From positions 22,340 to 86,339 of IMG/VR virus record IMGVR_UViG_3300001279_000031: a stretch of DNA of 64,000 bases; one strand, given 5' to 3'. A program made the translations under genes and the position numbers. This document shows, one piece after another, positions 55,306 to 64,000 of the stretch (positions are counted from its first letter, which is position 1; each line of letters begins with the position of its first letter). The notes beneath the pieces are model-generated. The model had not been told where the DNA came from. It saw only the letters and a program-made list of their open reading frames with translations, and did no database searches. Source of the DNA: a virus.

Positions 55306-56814
55306 ATGGAAAATAATTTTCTAAACAATCTACAGTTATATAGAGGTAAATGGTTCTCAGATTTAGTTGATGAGAACATGCTCTCTAGCGCTTTGTTAAC
55401 TAGACCTCATGAGGTTGCTAGTGTAATTTCATATGTTTTTGGTGCAAAGGATTCAGATTATGGATCTACAATAGACTTCTTAACAGGTGGTCTTGGTAAA
55501 ACTATGATAATTGACAATCGCCAATATGAATGGAATGTGTTAATTGATACAGACCGTGCTATTGACATTCGTTGGGCAAAGTGGAATGGTTCTGCAATTA
55601 CTACAGCAAATGCATCTACAGTTACTCCTGGACTAGGTAATACTCCTATTCTATTAGCTCTTGCAGATAAATGGTTTGGCGCTGGTGCAATAATAGAATT
55701 TGATAACAAAGAGTATCAAGTACGTATACAAGGTACACCGTATCAAGATGGTAATGACTGGGTATATACCGTTTTCTTGGCTGATGGTCAAGCTGGTTCT
55801 TTTGTACCTGGCGAATACTTGTTGGCAGGTCGTCAAGTATCACGTTTAGGTTCTGCCTATGAAGAATACTCTGATGAAGCCGATATCATAAATTATAACA
55901 CATAGGTTAAACTTCGTAATCATTTGACTACAGTTCGTTTATCTTATGACATTACTGGTTCTGTATATTCTACAGTATTAGCTATTGCTTTGCAAGATCC
56001 AGCAACTGGTAAATCTTCTTATTTGTGGTCTGATTATCAAGAGTGGAAAGCTATGCGCGAATGGAATAAACGTATGGAACGTCAATTAATATATTCTAAA
56101 TATAATGCTAATCCAGATGGTACTACATCTTTGGTTGGTAGTAACGGTCGTCCTGTATATATTGGAGCTGGTTTATTACAACAAATTTGTCCTGCAAATC
56201 GTAGATATTACACTAAGTTGACAACTGAATTACTTGAGGATTTCTTATTTGATCTTTCTTATAATATATTGGGTGTTGGTGAACGTAAATTCGTAGCACT
56301 TACAGGTGAAATGGGTATGCGTGAATTTGATCGTGTATTGAAAGAGAAAGTAGCTAATTTTACAATTGTTGATACTAAATTTATAACAGGTGCTGGTCAA
56401 GAATTGACACTTGGTGGACAGTTTACTACTTATAAAATGACGAATGGTATAGAATTGACTCTTAAACATTGTCCTCTTTATGATAATATCGTTTATAATC
56501 GTCAGTTACATCCTATTACTGGTAAACCACTAGAATCTTATAGATTTACATTCTTGGATTTTGGTTCTCGTGATGGTCAACCTAATATCGTAAAAGTTGT
56601 ACGTAAGGGACGTGAATTCGTTCAATGGTATACTGGTGGATCTGTAGCTCCGGGTGCTGGTTATTCAAATGCTATTACGACAATGCGTTCTAACGCTCGT
56701 GATGGGTATCAAGTTCATTTCTTGGGTGAAGTAGGTATTATGGTTCGTGATCCGCGTGCTTGTGGTGAACTGATCTGTGATGCTACTGAGTCTACTGATA
56801 ATGAAGCAGCATAA
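55306..56814 (+). CDS. Major capsid protein (single internal TAG, 502 aa)
   Basis: Fragments 55306 and 55924 are joined across TAG 55903-55905; contains GRPVYIGAGLLQQI and TGEMGMREF; position typical of crAss MCP. Confidence 0.9.
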
Positions 56815-56842
56815 TAATAATTAAAAATAATAATCTACACAG

Positions 56843-56863
56843 TGTGCGGCTAAACACCGCACA
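56843..56863 (+). terminator. Hairpin after the MCP gene (stabiliser or weak terminator)
   Basis: tgtgcgg-ctaaaca-ccgcaca, without a U-run. Confidence 0.45.
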
Positions 56864-56897
56864 GACTGATAGATAACAAATAATCTATCGTTAAGAT

Positions 56898-57656
56898 ATG
56901 GAAGTAACTTTAAGAAAAAAAGGTCTTGACTCATGGTCAAAGATATTAAAATATTAGAATTGTTTCGATTATATTTCTCCTTATTGGACTAGATCTGGAA
57001 GCATATACACTGGTTTAACTAGTGAAGACGAGAGACGTCTTGAAAAACAACTTGGTTTTGAAGAAGGTAAATTAAGTAAGGGTAGTCCTTATTGGGATAC
57101 ATTCTGTGTAAAACTTGGTTCTAAACCAATAATTTTTCATGTTGGTGAAGGTAATCCTTGGGATGATATGCAATACTAGTTTTTAAAAGGACATAAGCGA
57201 GTAGCTACATCACTAAGTGATATTAAACCTGGTACTGACTATGTTCTTATAAATAGTGAAGCAGAAGCTGAACAAAATAATTTGGCAAATCGTATTAAAC
57301 GTGATGCTATTAAAGAGTTCGATAAACTATCAATGGTTGATATGCGTAAATGTCTTAGACTGTATGGCTATAAATCAGATACGATGTCGGAAGATCTTGT
57401 AGAATCAAAATTATTTAGTTCAATAGAACATGACCCAGCATCATTTTTTGATAAATGGGTTAATAACAAAAATAAGAATACTGAATTTATTATAGCACAA
57501 GCTATAAGTAAGAATGTTATTAGAAAGAATAAAAACATTTATTATTATGGTACTGATGTTATAGGTAAATCATTAAGTGACACTGTTGAATACCTGGATG
57601 AACCTAAAAATCAAGATTTAAGAATGACTATTATGAAAGAAATAGATATAAAGTAA
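56898..57656 (+). CDS. Conserved crAss structural/assembly protein (TAG=Gln, 252 aa)
   Basis: ATG 56898 is in frame with ORF 57282 across TAG codons. Confidence 0.75.
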
Positions 57657-57683
57657 TAGTCACAATAATATAAAATAATAACA

Positions 57684-58349
57684 ATGACAACACAAGACTT
57701 ATGCAGTCTCTTTAGAGTATCTATGGATAAGGTTAACATAACTTCATATCCAGACTTTACTAATTCTGAAATATGTATATTTTTGAATCAAGGGCTTTTG
57801 TCATTAATAAATACTAAATTCACAGGTGATAATACACGTAAGGTAGCATTTGAAGGTGATGTTAAACGAATAGCTGATTTACAAAAATTGATTACAACGT
57901 CAAATGTTGCTGTTACTGTATCTGCATCTAATATATAGAATGCCTTTTATATACAATTGCCAAATAATTTTATGTTATTCGTAACAGGTATTGTAGGTTA
58001 TAATAATACATTTTATCCTATGTTGTTAGTTACTCATGAAAAAGCTAAATCCTTTGAATGCACTCCTTACAATAAACCATGGATAAAATATCCAATTTCA
58101 TATATTGAAAACGGGTAGTTGTTTGTAATTTATGACAATAATATAATAACAAACATTGCTAATACTAGTATTTATTTGACATATGTTACTAATCCTAATA
58201 CAATAAATGCTTCTAGTTTAACTGATATTTTTTAGTTTAATGATAGTGTTGCTTATGAATTAATTAATATGGCTGTTTTAATTGCACTAGAAAATATTGA
58301 ATCACAGCGTATGCAAACTAAAAGTCAATTTATAAATACTCAAGAATAA
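57684..58349 (+). CDS. Tail ring/adaptor protein, paralogue 1 (TAG=Gln, 221 aa)
   Basis: EI..FLNQ...F.G.N...FEG..KR..DL..LI pattern shared with the next two genes. Confidence 0.7.
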
Positions 58350-59473
58350 TGGATGCTAGACAAATGTAGGTTGAGTTTGAACGTTTAGTTCAACTCGCAA
58401 ATCCTGATTTTATAATAAACAATAAGATAGATTCTGATACAATATTTTATTTTTTAAATGCTTATCAAGAAAGATATTTAAAAGAGAACTATATTAGTTT
58501 AGATTCTACCAAAAATAGTGTAGAGACACTACATAAAAACTTAGATGCATTCAAGGCATTGATAGTAACAACTACATTAAAAAACGGTTATACATTACCG
58601 GATTATAATTATGCAAAAAGATTTTAGTTACCAAACAATGATAATAGTAAATTCTTTTTATACTTAAGATCAGAAAGTGATGTAACTGGTACATATATGA
58701 ATTTTAGTGGTACAACCACTTAGTATAATATTGATATAAATAGTGCAGTTAGTATAGTCGGCTTAACAATAAGCGGATTAACTTTTACATATGCTGATTT
58801 TAATGCTGTATTACCTGGTTATGTTATTCCGTCTACTTATAATGGTACTACAGAAGGACCTATGTATGATAATGTGAATAACAAAATAGTATTTTTCTAT
58901 CAAGGTAAAATGTATTATAAGTGGGAAGCAAATTCTAGTTTTAAACAGTATACTGCCTATGTTAATATTGATACTACAAAGGATAATACTAATTTAGCTA
59001 CTGTTAATAAAACAATATCTGGTTAGATATATAAGTATTTAACTCAATATTATGATTCAAACATGTCTGTTTTAGCGGTTAATCAATCTGTTACGAATAA
59101 ATTAGTAAAAGTACCGAACAAGTTAATAAGTTAGGATGATGTTGAAAAAGTATTGGTTAGTTATTATAATCAACCAATATTAAGATAGCCATGCGCTGTT
59201 TTAGATGCTGATTCTGCTAAAAACAATTATATAACATTGTATACAGATACATATACTATTGTACAAGATTGCGTTATCACTTATATTAGGAAGCCACGCA
59301 CATTTAATGTAATAAATCCAAACAATGATACAACAATAGTAGACCAATGTGAATTGGCTGAAAATGTACATTAGGAAATAGTTGAAGGTGCTGTTAATAT
59401 GTTTATAACAGAAGGCGCATATAGATTATCAGTAAAACAAGATGATAATCAACAACAAAACAATAATCAATAA
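58349..59473 (+). CDS. Tail ring/adaptor protein, paralogue 2 with insertion (TAG=Gln, 374 aa; absent from the ORF track)
   Basis: TAATG overlap; SDTIFYFLN, YIRKP and H[TAG]EIVEGAV. Confidence 0.7.
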
Positions 59474-59475
59474 TT

Positions 59476-60168
59476 ATGACAAATATAGATTTACAATATG
59501 CATTTGAATTAGAGGCTGCTAATATTGATAATGTTACTACTGACAAATTAATAAGTTCTGATATAGTTTATTGGCTCAACCAAGCTGTAGATAAGTTTAT
59601 TAAAACTCGGTATGATGGTAATAATTCTAATTAGACTTCTTTTGAATAGAATGAGAAGCGTACTAGAGATCTTGTTAATCTATTAACTACTGTATCGTTA
59701 AATCTAAGTGGTATAGAATATAAAACTACTTATACTCAATATAACATAACATATCCTGCTGATCTATTATTTGTATTAGATGAAAATGTAATAATTTATC
59801 CAAACAATGATATTTCAGATAAAAGTGTTAGTGATGTATTTGAATGTACTTTGGATAATTATATGGGTAGAATTACTAATAGTTTAACTGATTTTCATAT
59901 GCATAATGGATCTGCTAGACCATTACGTGTTCATACATCAAATGGTTGTTTACTGTTAACAGATGGTACATATTCAATATCTGAGTATGACATTACTTAT
60001 ATTAGAAAACCTAATAAAGTGTCATTGTCAAATCCATTTGCTGATTATACTGATTTTTCAGATAATATATTAAATGAAATAGTTAAGTTAGCTGTTGCTA
60101 TGTATATCGAAAACTCTAAGAATTCTAGATATCAAACAATAGAAAACGAAATTAACACAATGGAGTAA
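59476..60168 (+). CDS. Tail ring/adaptor protein, paralogue 3 (TAG=Gln, 230 aa)
   Basis: SDIVYWLNQA...FE[TAG]NEKRTRDL, YIRKP and EIVKLAV. Confidence 0.7.
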
Positions 60169-60241
60169 ACCATTTTAAATCAGTCTAGCTTAGAAATATT
60201 ATAGAATAAAGTAGTTAGACTTAAAATAAAATTAAATAATT

Positions 60242-61213
60242 ATGTTACAACATGTAAATTCGGTCCTAGTTGGTGGTCAACAACCTTCAACTGTTGGATC
60301 TCTTAGTACTGCTGGTAATATTGTAATGGTTGATAATACCGGAGCTATAATTACTACAGTAAATGCTGCTACAGCAGCTGACAAAATGAAGTTGGGTTTG
60401 GTTAGTTCTACTACATAGAATTATACTAATCCTGCAACTGGCACAACAAGTTCTGTTAATCTAGTACAGTATACACCGCTTATATCTAAAGAAGATATAA
60501 AGAATTACGATGCATTCGTTTATTCTGCTCCCTATGAAGATATAGTTAATATTAGTGGTGCATCGGCAGTAGCTGTTACTGGTTATCGTTATGTTTTACG
60601 TATAATCTATAGAGATTTATACGAGCATCCAGGACAATTCACGCACACATACGAAGCTTTCGCTACGACATCTAGTATGTCTGATTTGTTTACTGCTTTT
60701 ATGATTCAGATAAACAAAGATACACGTAGACGTTGTACAGCATCTGTATCAAATTCTATATTGACTCTTACTGCTCTTGCAAAAGATGATAACAATGGTA
60801 AAGAATCAATAAACATTTATACTAGAGTAAATATGACAGCTGTCATGTACTACACTAATCCAAATGCTGCAGGTTTTGCTTCAAAAAATAAGTATGCTGT
60901 TGATAATCTTGTAATTGCCAAAACCCCAGGATCTGACGGTAAAGGTTATAACAAGATAATTAGAGATCGTGAACAAGCAGCTCTTGGTTATCGTGGAATT
61001 ACATTCCGTACATGGTGGCCTATAATTAAACCTGAATTAAATGTAGATCTTACAAAGAACTACGATGGCGCTATTATAGAGTTTGAACCTGTACATGCTA
61101 CAGCAGAAGACGATTTCAGAAAAACAAAGCAAACTGTTGAGGTTTATGTTGACAATACAACCGCTTTAGCTAGCAGTATGATTGGACAACAAATCGCAGC
61201 TTTCTGTGCTTAA
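60242..61213 (+). CDS. Structural protein, possibly auxiliary capsid (TAG=Gln, 323 aa)
   Basis: ATG 60242 is in frame with ORF 60677; followed by a terminator. Confidence 0.7.
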
Positions 61214-61234
61214 TATTAATTAAACATTAAAACT

Positions 61235-61277
61235 AAGGTGAGCTTGGAGTTTAAACGGTTCCTTACTCACCTTTTTT
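61235..61277 (+). terminator. Rho-independent terminator
   Basis: aaggtgag...ctcacctt followed by a T-run. Confidence 0.65.
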
Positions 61278-61290
61278 ACTATAATAAACA

Positions 61291-61761
61291 ATGAAAATAC
61301 GAATAGGTAACGATGTAAAAATGATATGTACTTTAAAGCAAGGTATTACTACTGTGGATTTAAGTAAAGTGTAGAATTTTATTGCTAAAATATCTTTAAA
61401 TAATGGTGATGACTTAGATTCAACAACTACTAAAATAAATGATTATATTTCTCCTGGAGAATATACTTATAATTTCTTTTAGTACAAAGCTCCTTATTAT
61501 TTGAATGTTAGCGGAGCTACAATATATATATATTTTCCAGCATCAGAACAAATATATTTAGGAAATTATAATTTATTAGTAACATATGAAATGTAGTCTG
61601 ATACCGATAGTACAGTAGAAAATAATTATACAGTAGACGCTGAAAATGTATTTACTTTGGTAAAAAATACGAAAACATCAACAGACGCTGGTGATATGAC
61701 AATAACTTTTGATAATACAAACTAGGCATTCCCATATACTTTTGATTTAATATTAAGTTAA
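61291..61761 (+). CDS. Beta-rich tail hub/fibre adaptor protein (TAG=Gln, 156 aa)
   Basis: MKIRIGNDV... to ...FPYTFDLILS TAA in one frame with TAG interruptions. Confidence 0.65.
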
Positions 61762-61762
61762 T

Positions 61763-64000
61763 ATGAATGATATAATAAGTATAACTACAAAAAAGACAGG
61801 AGACGAATTATCAGCTTCTGAATTTAACAATGTCGTTTCTTCTATAAATACGACATATCAAGATATAACAAATAATAAATATGTTACAGTATCGCCATCA
61901 AAAAACATATTTACTATAAACTTTTAGAGCACTCCATTTGCTGAAATAACACTTAGTAGTGGCTATTCTGTCTATAATTTAGTTATAACTAATTATTCAG
62001 AAGGATCTTGTGGAAAAATAATAGTAAATCAAACTGGATTCAAAACATTAGTAGCTGAAGGAATAATTGGTAGCATAGATCTTACTATAGCTGAAGGTAC
62101 TTCGTCGTTAATTACATATTATGTTCGCAATGGATCTATATATGCATATACAACTACAATTGTTTCTGATGGAAATGCGTATATACCAACTAAAATAAAT
62201 GATTTATATATTGTATATTCTAATCTAAATATGTGTACAATAACATGGGCATCTCCTAAATCTGGTGTTTCTGGTATTCCTGTTACTGATTATGATATAC
62301 GTTATAGTAATTCACTTTTGGATGATGTTGATAGTTCTTGGAGTTCATTGACTAGAGTAACAAATGATATAACTCCAGCAACAGTAGGTAATACAGAAAA
62401 ATTTACATTAGTTAATTTAAAATCAAATCAAGATTATTACGTTTATATCAAATCAAACAAAATAACAAACAATGTAACATATACATCGGACGCTTCAAAT
62501 TATGTTTATTTTCAAACATCTGGTACAACCGACAATACTTCTTATTATTAGATACCGTTATCTACAAGTAATATAGTTGATATGACATAGTTAGATGGTA
62601 CTGATGATGATGGAAATTCTGTTGTTGGTACGGCTTTATTAATAGATGAAGCAGATAAAACTGTATATTTAAATAATGGTTATCCTGACACTACTAGTAA
62701 TGGTTCATATTCTACGTATTGGTCTCCGAATGAATATTCACGTCCTCACATTTTTTATAATTTAATTTTTGATTTAAAATCTATATTTAAATTAGATAAA
62801 ATGTATATAACTGGTGGCAATAAAGGCAGATTCAGGGTGTATGCTACAGAAAAAATTGGTGGAACATGGCAGTTAATATAGGATTGTTCCGTATATTTTA
62901 AAGATTGGATTATAGTAGATTTTCAAGGCGGAAACTATCGTTTGTTTAAAATTGCATATGATACAATATATTCAAGTGGCGATGGTACATATAGTTGGCC
63001 AGATGATAGTGATTATAATGGTGATATATGTCCAATAGCAAATATATTATTATATGGAAACGCTAATGGTTCAAACATATCTAAAAATAAATTATTACCG
63101 CAAAAAAGGAAAGCTTGGCAGCAAAAGACAGTAGATTAGTTTTTTTGTGTAAATGGCCATTTGTATTAGTAGGGTAGACTACATTCTTTAGTATCCGGTG
63201 AAAAAGTAAGACTTTATGTACATTATGGTCAATTCTGTGCTTAGGATATTAGTGGAAATTTGATAACTACTTCATTTAATGATCTTTCCGATGTTAAATT
63301 TAAATTCAACGATATACCATGGATTACTGGTAACAATGGTACTGGCGAAGGACTAACTGCACATTTATAGAATCATTGGAAAAAATATGGGTTAAAACCA
63401 TATTTAACTAATACTGGTGTACCTGACTATTTTTCATATTCGAATGGCGATAGAGCACGAATGGTAGATGACATATGGTTACCAAATACATGGCGTCCTA
63501 TGCCAAAAAAACAATTAGATGGTTTTATACCATACTATAAGATAACAGAAAATCCATAGCATTACGGTACAATAGCAAAAATGTGTTATGGTTTAGCTGC
63601 AAAATATGGTAGTATAACTGTATCTGCAACCAATATACCGTTATATATAAAAACGACAAATAGCTCTGATGAGAACACGGCATCTGGATTAGATTTAATA
63701 AGCGGAATAGAACCTGGAAATGAAATGGATTAGACATGGTCTGAATGGATTGGATATATGAATGATTCCGAACATTTTGCATTAGTTTGTGGAATTTACG
63801 ATGGTAATAGTAGTGCAATATTAGGTTCAGATAATATAAACAACTATGGTGTAAAGAATGCGGATTCTAATTTATTAGTAATAGATCCTGGTACTGCTAG
63901 TATAGAACCTTAGCACATGTTTGATTATTATTAGTAGACTATCAACCTAAGACCAAATAAGGATGTCCCACTTGATGTTTTTAATTTTCACATGTATCTT
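61763..64000 (+). CDS. Tail spike/fibre with Fn3-like, CBM-like and clan GH-A-like domains (3'-partial, TAG=Gln)
   Basis: Fn3 pattern TITWASP...YDIRY...LVNLKSNQDYYV; GIEPGNEMD at ~63704-63730; LDVFNFHMY at the window end. Confidence 0.7.

Overview
This is a 64-kb segment of an AT-rich crAss-like phage (Crassvirales) infecting Bacteroidales, and it uses two genetic codes. The virion genes on the + strand (1-11514 and 48710-64000) look shattered in the ORF track only because TAG is read as Gln. With that reading they join into full-length virion RNA polymerase, zincin-containing cargo protein, terminase, portal, scaffold, major capsid protein, ring proteins and a glycoside-hydrolase spike. An amber-suppressor tRNA(CUA) with a Gln-type body lies at 48068-48139. 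The - strand arm (11688-42018) holds mostly TAG-free replication and early genes: PolB, DnaB, DnaG, SSB, Sak4-like ATPase, nucleases and an ECF sigma factor. Highlights: (1) a ~3-kb host fragment, intact leuS plus the 5' stub of yitT, sits exactly between 54-bp direct repeats; (2) a possible cascade runs from a 5-copy early motif, through the ECF sigma and three GCAAC-N16/17-CGTTA promoters, to the suppressor tRNA; (3) isolated amber-gated genes include a resolvase, a glycosyltransferase and a secreted nuclease; (4) a ~1.8-kb hairpin-rich region has no credible ORF; (5) a tRNA-like RNA lacks an anticodon loop; (6) a dispersed dyad-symmetric DNA element recurs; (7) tandem acidic early paralogues are present. 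All calls come from manual reading and motif recall; no database searches were run.
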